Virus record (IMG/VR): IMGVR_UViG_3300030106_005674 | Span: 1 to 55,606 of that record | Reading direction: 5' to 3' (one strand) | Source: a virus | Lineage: Duplodnaviria > Caudoviricetes | DNA: 55,606 nucleotides | Part shown: in pieces, positions 28,542 to 37,468 of the stretch | How positions within the stretch are numbered: the first letter of the stretch is position 1 | How the letters are laid out: each line of letters starts with the position of its first letter | Notes under the pieces: model-generated | What the model was told of the DNA's origin: nothing | Databases searched by the model: none | Seen by the model: the letters and a program-made list of their open reading frames with translations, nothing else | Made by a program: the position numbers and the translations under genes

Positions 28542-29239
28542 TAGTACATATTAGTCAGCAGGAATATTTTGTGCAACATAGGCGGGTCCCTATTGGAACG
28601 GTCATATATGCAATTCTGCCGAGAAAAATGGCGTTGGGTATACGTGTGAGAGAGGAGTCCCAAAGAAAAATGGCAAGCGCGGTGAGGGGGGGATGGCCTC
28701 GCGCGCCTGCGAAATAATACTGCTCGCCTGCGCGCACGCGCTTCCTCTTTTTGTTTCGGCAAGCCTCGGGCTCTGGTGGTGCCCCGTGTCCTCTGGGTTT
28801 CAGGGGGGAGGGGAACCCGAAAGGCGCGACCAGGCAGCGAGAAAAGCGCGACCGTGCCGCGAGTGGTACCACCTTTCTGGTGTTGCCATGTCAATAGCAA
28901 CAGGCTCGACGTACAGCGTTTAGCGAAATTAAATCGAAAAAAGTTTGCTCTGGGTTTCTTCAACAATTCCGCACACTTAGCAATGTCAAGGGCGAGACGT
29001 ACAGCGAATAGACATGTGGTACCAGAGAGAGCAAGTTCAGAGGGCGAGACGGGAACAGCCGAGGAGGCACCAACCCACAGCGAGGGCACCCGTCACCCTC
29101 CCCACCCTGATGCACTGCCCGCAGCTACGATGCCGCAGTGACGCGAATCAGAGACCATCCTTCGGGTGGTGAGGCAACCGGGTAGCCGGGGCATTCAGTC
29201 CCGACGCCCTTAACCTCACCAAACACAGGATGGTGAACC

Positions 29240-29701
29240 ATGGCACGAATCAACGCCATGAACAAGACAGCAGAGACAGCAACCCAAGCCAGCGAGGTGT
29301 TCAAGGCAGTAGCCCACAACATCACGCGAAACGGCAAGCCGGTCGACAACGCGTTCGCCGCGGTCCTCATGGACAGCACGGGCGCAATCGTTGACCAGCT
29401 CTCATTCGAGATCTTCTCGAGTGCCGCCAAGGCGGAAGCCGCTGGGCTCGAGCACTGGCCGCAAGCCGCCATCGACATCGACACTCTGACCGCTCAATTC
29501 GAAGAGCGGCTCAAGGCGAAGATCCCGAAGATGGTAGCGGCTGAGCGCAAACGGCTCCAGCTTCTTCAGGCTGCTCGTCAGCTGGTCGCGGACGGCGAGG
29601 CCGACAACATCGAGGACGCTACCAAGCGACTCAAGTCGGAGGCCAAGGCCAACAAGACTGGAGATGACGACAACGTCCTCGCTGACTTGACCGCCGAGTA
29701 A
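29240..29701 (+). CDS. Early hypothetical protein
   Basis: ACAGGA upstream; strongly C/G-ending codons. Confidence 0.8.
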   Translation: MARINAMNKTAETATQASEVFKAVAHNITRNGKPVDNAFAAVLMDSTGAIVDQLSFEIFSSAAKAEAAGLEHWPQAAIDIDTLTAQFEERLKAKIPKMVAAERKRLQLLQAARQLVADGEADNIEDATKRLKSEAKANKTGDDDNVLADLTAE

Positions 29702-29768
29702 TCGGCACCCCAGGGGGGCCCGGATGGGCCGGGCTCCCCTCCTTCATCCCATACCAGCAGGAGAAAAC

Positions 29769-29987
29769 ATGGGAACCAACAACGGAGTTCAAGTGAAGTG
29801 CTCACGCATTGAAGACACCGTCTTCATTGAGTTTCACATTGACGGGCTACTCGCCAAGGTCCATGAAGACCACGACGCCATCGACGCTGACCACATCAGC
29901 GCACGGGCCGAGTACCTTCAGGATGCACTGGACAAGCTCACCCGAGATCAAGTGCTCGAGCTGCTCTGGCCGCGCCGAGTACGCTGA
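29769..29987 (+). CDS. Early hypothetical protein
   Basis: Start moved to ATG 29769, after GCAGGAG. Confidence 0.7.
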   Translation: MGTNNGVQVKCSRIEDTVFIEFHIDGLLAKVHEDHDAIDADHISARAEYLQDALDKLTRDQVLELLWPRRVR

Positions 29988-30043
29988 CCCCCCTGCCTCC
30001 GCCCGCTGTGGGCGGGGGCTTCACCCCAACAACAGGAAAGACA

Positions 30044-30229
30044 ATGACAGAAAGAAACAACAACATCAACTGGCTAAAAAACTGGGCGGAATACAAGAAA
30101 AGAAGAGCTGAAGAGATAGAGCGGGAGCGGGAGGAAAAGGTCCGAGAAATGGTTCGGAAGTGGCAAGCCGCGTGCCGCCACGCCGCTGCTACTGGCTCGA
30201 GCCTCTACCCCAAGGGGGAGGACGAGTGA
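30044..30229 (+). CDS. Early hypothetical protein
   Basis: Start moved to ATG 30044, after AACAGGA. Confidence 0.6.
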   Translation: MTERNNNINWLKNWAEYKKRRAEEIEREREEKVREMVRKWQAACRHAAATGSSLYPKGEDE

Positions 30230-30407
30230 GCCTCAGGCTCCACCCTCCGGGGTGGGGCCTATGACTGTCCCAGTGCAGGCTTCGCTGCGGGTAACGTAGC
30301 GGACGGTCATCAAGTTGGACTGCGGAAGTGGCGCAGCCGCTGACGCTATGACCGTCCTGGTCTGCTGGGTTAGTGTAAATCCTGAGACGAGCCGAGAATC
30401 CTCCGGG

Positions 30408-30523
30408 GAAAAGCCAAGCCGGAGGAAAAGCCACGGCCGAAAAGCCACGGGAGAAAAGCGCTCGTCTCGCGCGGGGGAAAAGCCAAAGCCCTCAGCTTTT
30501 TTTGTGGATTGAAAAGCCAAGCC
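30408..30523 (+). repeat. Cluster of six GAAAAGC(C/G) short direct repeats
   Basis: Copies at ~30408, 30425, 30439, 30453, 30477 and 30511. Confidence 0.75.
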
Positions 30524-30774
30524 AGTTTTATCCGTGCGAGTTTTCTTCGAAGTAAAACAGAAGCTGGGTTTCTTTGGCTCCAGTTTTTTTGAGCGCTTTT
30601 CTGGCGTCCGTTCTTGTCTCGGAGGGTGGCTCGGAGGGGTCCGCGATATGGCAGGTTGAACCTGGGTTATCGGCGGATACGTCATATGCGCCACCTGTGG
30701 TATCAGAGGGACTCCGCGAAAAGGTAGGTTTAACCTACCATATGGAGCAATCGATTCTATTCTGGCGTCAGATA

Positions 30775-30783
30775 TGGTATTAT
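30775..30783 (+). promoter_or_regulatory. Extended -10 promoter candidate for the AAA/VWA operon
   Basis: TG-G-TATTAT about 130 nt upstream of the ATG at 30916. Confidence 0.45.
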
Positions 30784-30915
30784 AGGGCGTGCTTCAGCAC
30801 AGGGGGAGAGGTGCGTTTTTTGCGCCTCATAAAAGCGAGCCCCAAAATCCCGGCAATTTCGCCAACAAAAAAACCCGCAGAAATTCTCTGCACTTTCCCA
30901 ACAGGAAAAACAATC

Positions 30916-32055
30916 ATGTCAGCAAACATTCATTTCGAACTTCTTTCCCTGGCAATTCAAGCCCAACTAAACTGCGACACCGCTCCGCCGGTGCGCCTCG
31001 TCGGACGCGCGGGCGTCGGCAAAAACAAAGGCGGTGTCGAACTGGCCGCTAAACTTCTGGACCTGAATTACGTCTACATTCCTGTGCCCCGTCACGACCC
31101 TGCAGAATTCAACGGCTACCCGTACATCTGCAGCGAAACTCAATCGATGCGTTTCTACCCACCGCACTGGGCCAAGCAAGTAGAAGAACACGGACCCGAA
31201 AAGTTCATCCTGTTTTTCGATGAGGCTTCAGACGGTACGCGGATGACGCAAGCTGCAATGCACGGAGTTTTGACCGACGGCGTAATCGGAGAAGTTTCCG
31301 TCAAGGGTGCCCCGATGGTCATGGCGATGAACCCTTCAAACATCGCGACGACCGGCGGAACAATTAGCCATCCTTTCTGTACTCGTACTTTCACCATCGA
31401 ATGGGAGCCCAGTAAGCACGATTGGATTCGTCAGATTCGCCAAGGTTCTTGGGATTCTCCAGAGCAAGTGAGATTGCCCAAGGGTTGGCAATCCACGATT
31501 GCTACGTCGCAAGCTATGGTCGGTAACTTCCTGTCCAAGTTTCCACAGCACGTGGAGATCTCAGAAAAAGAGCTAATGGAACGGGGAGAAGATACTGACA
31601 AGCCCGCGCACACTCGTCGTACATGGGAACATTTCTGGACCCTTCGCGCTGCTGCCCATGCTTCTGGTCAAACGCATCTCATGCATATGATTGCCGAAGG
31701 TACTGTGGGTGCTCCCGGTATTGAATATCTTTCTTGGGAGAAAGACCTGGAGTTCGGTGACCCAGAATTGTGGCTCAACAATCCACGTCAGCAAACATTC
31801 CCAGAGGATGACGACCGCGTTTTTGCTGTCATCAATGCTGTTCTTTCCTCTGTTCTTGCCAACAATACTCCCGCACGTTGGGCCAAAGGTTGGGAATTTC
31901 TGGAGTACTGCTATGACATGGAATTCGGAGACCTCGCCGCACTCGGCGCTCCGATGCTCGCTCGTAACCGTGGAGCCGCCAAGGGTATCCCTTCTGCTGC
32001 TCGTAAATTCTTCCCTATTCTCAAGGCTGCTGGTCTTGTCGGAGGTGAGGCATGA
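30916..32055 (+). CDS. MoxR-like AAA+ ATPase
   Basis: Walker A variant GRAGVGKN, Walker B ILFFDE, sensor AMNP, 'TRRTWE'; start at 30916 after CAACAGGA. Confidence 0.85.
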   Translation: MSANIHFELLSLAIQAQLNCDTAPPVRLVGRAGVGKNKGGVELAAKLLDLNYVYIPVPRHDPAEFNGYPYICSETQSMRFYPPHWAKQVEEHGPEKFILFFDEASDGTRMTQAAMHGVLTDGVIGEVSVKGAPMVMAMNPSNIATTGGTISHPFCTRTFTIEWEPSKHDWIRQIRQGSWDSPEQVRLPKGWQSTIATSQAMVGNFLSKFPQHVEISEKELMERGEDTDKPAHTRRTWEHFWTLRAAAHASGQTHLMHMIAEGTVGAPGIEYLSWEKDLEFGDPELWLNNPRQQTFPEDDDRVFAVINAVLSSVLANNTPARWAKGWEFLEYCYDMEFGDLAALGAPMLARNRGAAKGIPSAARKFFPILKAAGLVGGEA

Positions 32056-32993
32056 TTAGTCCTAACGAACAAAAGTACTGGCATCTTTTCCCGTACATGA
32101 CAGATCACAATCACAATACTTGTGGGCACACTTTCGAGGAACACAAGCAGCGTAGATATAGCGCTGTTTTCCCCAGCAAGTTGGTCAACGTAGTTACGGC
32201 CCGTCGTTTTGTGCCGTCCGGGAATTTCCCTCGGACGGTCACTACCAGCGTGGTGTGCTGTAAACAGCGTCACGCAATTACCTTTGGTATTGACGGCTCA
32301 ATTATTCTCCATGGTCCTGACACCATAGAAGAGCTTAAAACTATGGCCATGTTCTCTGGCGAGAAACCGCGGCGTCTCCAAGTTTATGAGGCTTGGATGG
32401 CTTGCACTTCTTTCGAGGAAGCTAAATCGAATTGGGGTGACCATGTTCTGAGCCAGTACCGCAAAGACATTCCACAGGTTGCGCGGCAAACTCTGAATTG
32501 GGCATACAAAACTAATTCGGGTCATTACACCGGGGATAATCCTAAGATTGTGAATCGTGAGATTCAGTTATGCCGTTCGCAGTATCGGCGTTCTTGGGAG
32601 GGAGGTCGCAAGCCCTCTCTTCAGGAGAAACTTCAGGAGCACCGATACAATCTTGCCAAAGAATACTTCGGACATCTTTGGTCATTGTTCAATGACATGT
32701 ACCGACCGTACATTTGCACCTGGAAACACAGAATCGACAAGCAATTGAAGTGGTTTCACACTGTCAGAAAACTTCGCCTTCACCAGGTGAAGTATGTCCG
32801 GACAGCAGACGACTACTCAAATGTTGGAAAAGTATTCGACTGCTTTTCCTTCCCTGGTCGGTCCATAAAAACTGATGTCATTGCGACCGTGGTTTTCCGT
32901 GACCGCAAAGATGAGAACAAAAAAGAATTCTGTCATGCACATCTTGTGTCTGACTACAACCAACGCAACTGGAGAATAGCAGAATGGCTCTAA
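32052..32993 (+). CDS. Hypothetical protein
   Basis: ATGA-coupled between the AAA and VWA genes. Confidence 0.7.
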   Translation: MISPNEQKYWHLFPYMTDHNHNTCGHTFEEHKQRRYSAVFPSKLVNVVTARRFVPSGNFPRTVTTSVVCCKQRHAITFGIDGSIILHGPDTIEELKTMAMFSGEKPRRLQVYEAWMACTSFEEAKSNWGDHVLSQYRKDIPQVARQTLNWAYKTNSGHYTGDNPKIVNREIQLCRSQYRRSWEGGRKPSLQEKLQEHRYNLAKEYFGHLWSLFNDMYRPYICTWKHRIDKQLKWFHTVRKLRLHQVKYVRTADDYSNVGKVFDCFSFPGRSIKTDVIATVVFRDRKDENKKEFCHAHLVSDYNQRNWRIAEWL

Positions 32994-34228
32994 AAAAATT
33001 CAGACGTATGCAATCGGAGAGGCTTCGCGCTTTCAACGATTTCCCCTACTTTTCAGCAGTGCTTTCTAAGCTCTCATTCTTTGAGTGCGATGACGTGGAG
33101 ACTCTGGCAATCGACAAGCACGGGCGTGTTTATGTCAATGTTTCTTTCTGGGATTCAATGACACTCAAACAACGTGTCGGAGTTCTTGTCCACGAATTGC
33201 AGCATGTTCTTCGCAAGCATTTCATCCGTGGAGAATTCTTGTCGCTTAGCCCTCAAGAACTAAACATCATCGGTGACATGGAAATCAATGACAGCGCAAA
33301 AATGCGTGACTATCTGTCGGGTATTCCTGCAGTGTTTCCAGAGATGTTCGGCTTGCCCACGGGTCTCATGTTCGAGGAATATGCTGCCCTGTGGAAAAAG
33401 CAGAAGAAAGACTGCAAAGACAAGAACGGCGGAGAATCTTCCGACGGTGGACAGAGCGGTAACGGTGAGCCCAGTGTGGCTAACGGAAACTGTGGGTCCG
33501 CTGCGGATGGTCAGCCCAAGGACTATGAATTGCCAGCACCAAAAGATGGTGGCCCAGGTATGGACGAGTCCGACCTGGAAATTGCAGCGAAGCAGGTTGC
33601 GAATGACATTCGTGAGGCTGCTAAAACTCGCGGCGATATTCCTGGCAATCTCATCCAGTGGTCTGCGGATGTCCTTTCTCCGCCCAAGGTGAATTGGCAA
33701 TCAAAGCTACGCGCTTATGCTCGCAATGCTGCGGCATGGGTTCGTGGTCAGGGAGATTATTCCTATTCTCGTTTGTCCCGTTTTCCTGTCGGTGGGTCGG
33801 TCATTGTACCTGGCAGCATTTCCCCAGTGCCCGAAATTGCACTGATGGTAGATACTTCCGGTTCTATGGGTTCGGCAGACCTGCAGGATATTCTTCCGGA
33901 GGCACAATCCTGTCTCCGTATGTCTGCTGGTTCTTCCGGCAAAGTTTGCGTCGTAGATGCTGAGGTCCATTCTCTCAAACCCATCACCGATGTCCGCAAG
34001 ATTGAGTTTGCTGGCAGAGGCGGTACGGATTTGCGCGTAGGATTCGAAGCTATTTCTTCGCTCAGCCCGCGTCCTGATATTCTCGTCGTTTTTACCGACG
34101 GGTATACACCGTGGCCTACCTCATCCCCACGTGGGGTGAAAACAATTGTGGCTCTTATGGGTCGCCATTGCTCTCCTGACCGGGTTCCCGGTTGGGCTAA
34201 AACAATCGTCATTCCTCAATCAAAGTAA
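32984..34228 (+). CDS. DUF2201-type metallopeptidase-like + VWA domain protein
   Basis: HEXXH (VHELQH), Gly/Ser linker, MIDAS DTSGS, GRGGTD and FTDG. Confidence 0.9.
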   Translation: MALKKFRRMQSERLRAFNDFPYFSAVLSKLSFFECDDVETLAIDKHGRVYVNVSFWDSMTLKQRVGVLVHELQHVLRKHFIRGEFLSLSPQELNIIGDMEINDSAKMRDYLSGIPAVFPEMFGLPTGLMFEEYAALWKKQKKDCKDKNGGESSDGGQSGNGEPSVANGNCGSAADGQPKDYELPAPKDGGPGMDESDLEIAAKQVANDIREAAKTRGDIPGNLIQWSADVLSPPKVNWQSKLRAYARNAAAWVRGQGDYSYSRLSRFPVGGSVIVPGSISPVPEIALMVDTSGSMGSADLQDILPEAQSCLRMSAGSSGKVCVVDAEVHSLKPITDVRKIEFAGRGGTDLRVGFEAISSLSPRPDILVVFTDGYTPWPTSSPRGVKTIVALMGRHCSPDRVPGWAKTIVIPQSK

Positions 34229-34255
34229 ATCTCTTTTCTCAACAGGAAAAATATC

Positions 34256-35110
34256 ATGTCAAACACAACTGAAATTAGCGTCCGCGGTCAAGTAGTCTTC
34301 TGGACCCTCTCAAACAAAACCGATGCCGAGTACCTCAAGAATGAACTTGAACTCCAAAACATGGGTGGCTTTGCTCCCGACAAGAACACTAATAAATCTT
34401 CGCTGAAGATTGCCCTGACTGCGGTGTGTGCAAACCGTCGCCGTTTGGTTCGGTCACTTGTCGGTGAGCGTGGTTACGCCGTCGTTTCTGAGCACAAAGA
34501 TTCTACGGGTGTGAGCCTCGGCCACACTGTAGATTTCGACGCTCTTCTGCCCGATGGGGCTGGCTCTCCGGTATTCCGTAGGCCAGATACTGGTGAGATT
34601 TTCAACCCTCCAGAAGAGAACGCTATTCTCCATCGCTACCAGATTGAGCAGCAAAGGTGCTCGTCTCACAAGCTGGGAATAGCGATGGTCAAAATGGTGG
34701 ACCGTTTGCACGGAGTATCTTTGCGTCCGACTGGTGGGTTCTACTGGATTCCTGAGCCTGCGGTTCCTCGCTGGAATGCGCTCGCAAAAGCTATCCAGGA
34801 TTCTTCACCCGATGGTTCCAACGTTGTTTACGCTCTGAAAACTGCGATGGATGACGAGCTTAGAAGAACTGTAATCGATGGGCTCACCCATTCTTTGGAG
34901 TCAGAAGTTGGGACCATGGAAGAAGACGTAATGTCCATGGAGCTTGGAAAGCGTGCGCTCAAGACAAAGAAAGAAAGGTGCGCCCGTCTTCGCCAGCGTG
35001 TTGAGGGCTACAGAAAAATGTTCTCTGTTGCGCTGTCTGATTTGGACCACCATCTCGACCGCGTAGAATCTGCCGTGTCTGTCTGCGTTCTTTCTCAGAT
35101 GGGGAGCTAA
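34256..35110 (+). CDS. Hypothetical protein (DUF6744/DUF3150-like)
   Basis: 'GQVVFWTL' and 'LRPTGGFYWIP' motifs; such genes often neighbour AAA/VWA pairs. Confidence 0.55.
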   Translation: MSNTTEISVRGQVVFWTLSNKTDAEYLKNELELQNMGGFAPDKNTNKSSLKIALTAVCANRRRLVRSLVGERGYAVVSEHKDSTGVSLGHTVDFDALLPDGAGSPVFRRPDTGEIFNPPEENAILHRYQIEQQRCSSHKLGIAMVKMVDRLHGVSLRPTGGFYWIPEPAVPRWNALAKAIQDSSPDGSNVVYALKTAMDDELRRTVIDGLTHSLESEVGTMEEDVMSMELGKRALKTKKERCARLRQRVEGYRKMFSVALSDLDHHLDRVESAVSVCVLSQMGS

Positions 35111-35111
35111 A

Positions 35112-35573
35112 ATGTCAAATCCAGTTCTACCAGAATACTTTTCTCCTCCTGAACCTCCAGCCGACATGGAGCTTACTGACGATAATATTTGTAAGCTCCA
35201 TGATGAGCTGAAAGAATGGTACATAAAAAAGACACCGGAAAATTTGGACCGGCACGGGAACGTCCCTTCTTTTGTGCTTGGGGAATTGAACCAACTTCGG
35301 GCGCTTTACGACCTTCACTTTGGAATCAATTACAAGTGTACATCGTACAAGTGTAAAGACAAAAGAGGGTTTTCTGAAGCGGTTGCTGCCTATCATGCTG
35401 GTCGATATATCAGTCCGATTATCTACCAACAGGGCGTGCAATTCACAAAAGAGGCTTTCCCGAAAATCTGTGAGGATAAAAAGTATTGCTGCCCTCGGTG
35501 CAAGAGGCCCGTCAAACTGATGATGGGACTCCCAAGCCCTTACGGGCTTTATGCTGCTGTTCCAATAGAATAG
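35112..35573 (+). CDS. Hypothetical protein, possible Zn-binding (CxxxxC...CxxC)
   Basis: CTSYKC and CPRC; coupled ORF. Confidence 0.6.
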   Translation: MSNPVLPEYFSPPEPPADMELTDDNICKLHDELKEWYIKKTPENLDRHGNVPSFVLGELNQLRALYDLHFGINYKCTSYKCKDKRGFSEAVAAYHAGRYISPIIYQQGVQFTKEAFPKICEDKKYCCPRCKRPVKLMMGLPSPYGLYAAVPIE

Positions 35574-35586
35574 AGGGGCTCGTAAT

Positions 35587-35883
35587 ATGCATCCAGATAA
35601 TTTCCCCCGGAGAAATCCGGGGCTTTATCCGACAAAAGAATTGAACGATAAGGCTGACAATCTTCCGTCTAATACTTTTCTAATCTTCTCCCGGAGGCGA
35701 ATGTCTCTGGGAGTCTTTTGTTACCGAACTTTTGTAGTCGACCCCAATCCAGGGGAATCAATGGTGCTGGCTTTTTACCGTCTCCACGGTGATGAGTTTG
35801 AGCTTGGTTATCGGTACGAATGGAACCATCGTATCCGGCAGAGAGAATCGCTCTGCTGGAGATTCTTCAAAGGAACTCTATAA
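35587..35883 (+). CDS. Hypothetical protein
   Basis: GAGG upstream; operon spacing. Confidence 0.5.
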   Translation: MHPDNFPRRNPGLYPTKELNDKADNLPSNTFLIFSRRRMSLGVFCYRTFVVDPNPGESMVLAFYRLHGDEFELGYRYEWNHRIRQRESLCWRFFKGTL

Positions 35884-35886
35884 ATT

Positions 35887-36129
35887 ATGGAATCACTTTT
35901 CTATTTCCGAAAGCAATTCTTTTTCACCCTCTCCCGAGAAATCTGGAATCTCTACTACAGAATAAAATTCAGTATTGGAGACACCGTTTATCAGCAAACC
36001 TGCTTCAATGGTCCTAAGCCGCCTGGGTTTATTTCAGCAATAAAGCGCAGCGGATGTGGTCACCTCGGAGCCACGGTGAACTGTGGCAAAGAAGTTTACT
36101 GGGTTAATTTCAGCGCTCTCACTAAATAA
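35887..36129 (+). CDS. Hypothetical protein
   Basis: Last ORF before the terminator. Confidence 0.45.
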   Translation: MESLFYFRKQFFFTLSREIWNLYYRIKFSIGDTVYQQTCFNGPKPPGFISAIKRSGCGHLGATVNCGKEVYWVNFSALTK

Positions 36130-36145
36130 ATCTCTTTGTCTTTTT

Positions 36146-36174
36146 AGCCTCGTCTTCGGACGGGGCTTTTTTTT
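36146..36174 (+). terminator. Rho-independent terminator
   Basis: AGCCTCGTC-TTCG-GACGGGGCT followed by a T run. Confidence 0.9.
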
Positions 36175-36184
36175 GTCTGGAAAT

Positions 36185-36209
36185 CCTGGCTGGTTGGCCG
36201 GGTTTTTTT
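36185..36209 (+). terminator. Second tandem terminator
   Basis: CCTGGCT-GGTT-GGCCGGG followed by T7. Confidence 0.6.
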
Positions 36210-36792
36210 GTGCCTAAAAATCCTGGCTTTGGATTCAGGCTAAAGCAAACTTCTGTACCTGCTGAGTAGATTCCATTTATGCAACGGGAGTTACTTTTTT
36301 TAATCAGATCTGATCGTAGGATGGAACGGGAGTTTGGAATAGGTCTGACCAGAACTCGGCTCACCTTTGCCCTAATGTGGACTCTCAGAGGTGAGCTTTC
36401 AGGAAAACTTATTTGGCGCACCTGATGACAGTCCCTAACCCCAGAAGCTGGGTCTCTTCGCAAAACGCTCTTTTGTCACACATAATCGTAAGGCACTTAT
36501 TAGTACATGCATGACACCAGACTTTCCACCATACAAATCAACCACTTACAAGACTCGAGGTACCTGACCGGAAATTTTTCCTGAGTATCCTTTTAGGAAA
36601 GCCAACCTATAACCCTATGGTATCAGGGGGTAGTAGGTTCGGGAGGGGTGGAGGAATGAGTAACCCCAGAAGCTGGGTTTCGTTAGCTCTCCGCTTGTCC
36701 AGGTTGAACCTACATTATCTCTAAGGCTAACGTGTACTTACAAGCGTCAAACAATTATGCTTGACGGGGGTGTGCAACCACATAGTTTATGC

Positions 36793-36821
36793 TTGACACC
36801 ACATCCCGCATACTATAGACT
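36793..36821 (+). promoter_or_regulatory. Sigma-70 promoter of the replication operon
   Basis: TTGACA-17 nt-TAGACT; predicted +1 falls at the ATG at 36828. Confidence 0.75.
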
Positions 36822-36827
36822 GACTTC

Positions 36828-37190
36828 ATGACTTCAAAGAACGAACTCGTGACCCTGGCTAACGACGCCTCATTGCTCTTGGGTATCCCTCGGAACGATG
36901 CGATTGCGTATGCCCTCAAGCTGGTGCTCTCAATGAGCCCTCCGTCTGGCCCAGACTCTCGTGGTCCTGACGACATCCTGTCCGCGGCCTCTCGGCTCAT
37001 GGACACCATGGGTAGCTTCACCATGGATGACCTCTTGGATGAGGTCTACGGAGAAGCTCCTATCTTTTCACCTCACAAGGTGAAGATCTTTGCCTCGAAG
37101 CTGCTCGTGGCTTCCGGGTACACTCGGCGTCAGTTTCGACGTGGGAACCGTCGCCCTCTTCTCTGGTACAAACACAGCATGGAGCAATAA
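36828..37190 (+). CDS. Hypothetical protein, possible winged-helix DNA-binding
   Basis: 'FTMDDLLDEVYG...LVASGYTRRQFRRGNRRPLLW' has a wHTH-like layout. Confidence 0.6.
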   Translation: MTSKNELVTLANDASLLLGIPRNDAIAYALKLVLSMSPPSGPDSRGPDDILSAASRLMDTMGSFTMDDLLDEVYGEAPIFSPHKVKIFASKLLVASGYTRRQFRRGNRRPLLWYKHSMEQ

Positions 37191-37465
37191 TGCTAAACAT
37201 TGACCTCATCCGTCTCGCTCAAGACTCTCCCATTTTGGATGCTGCTCGTAACGGCAGCGAAGGAAAAAGAGATAGACGTGCAGCCTCTCTCCGTCTGCCC
37301 CCAGAACTCTGGGACGAACTCAAGCGCGCTGCCAGTCTTCTTAGTGCCATGTTCCCCGAAAAATACGTTACAAACAATTCCACAATCGAGTTTCTTCTCG
37401 AAGAATCGCTGCAGGCTTTCTGGTCAGCACACTCTCCCACCCCCGTACTCGTCGAAGAAGAGTAG
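37190..37465 (+). CDS. Ribbon-helix-helix (Arc-like) DNA-binding protein
   Basis: 'AASLRLPPELWDELKRAA...TNNSTIEFLLEESL'. Confidence 0.65.
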   Translation: MLNIDLIRLAQDSPILDAARNGSEGKRDRRAASLRLPPELWDELKRAASLLSAMFPEKYVTNNSTIEFLLEESLQAFWSAHSPTPVLVEEE

Positions 37466-37468
37466 AAT

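Noticed and set aside
28540-28549. ATTAGTACAT shared with 36499
   Set aside because: A single 10-mer match is expected by chance in 55 kb.
28541-29141. ORFs of 182, 121 and 105 aa in the divergent region
   Set aside because: Mutually overlapping, low-complexity and without RBS; better explained as non-coding control or terminus DNA.
29108-29150. Hammerhead ribozyme
   Set aside because: CTGATG is not followed by A and there is no GAAA core.
30408-30523. CRISPR-like mini-array
   Set aside because: Repeats are only 8 bp with irregular 6-26 bp gaps; the Cas4-like gene is a stand-alone recombination-type nuclease.
30574-30915. 114-aa N-terminal extension of the AAA ATPase
   Set aside because: It runs through operator and promoter motifs; a clear RBS and ATG lie at 30916.
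36436-36453. N4-type hairpin promoter (CCCAG-AAG-CTGGG)
   Set aside because: No virion RNAP evidence, and the copy at 30558 lacks the full stem.
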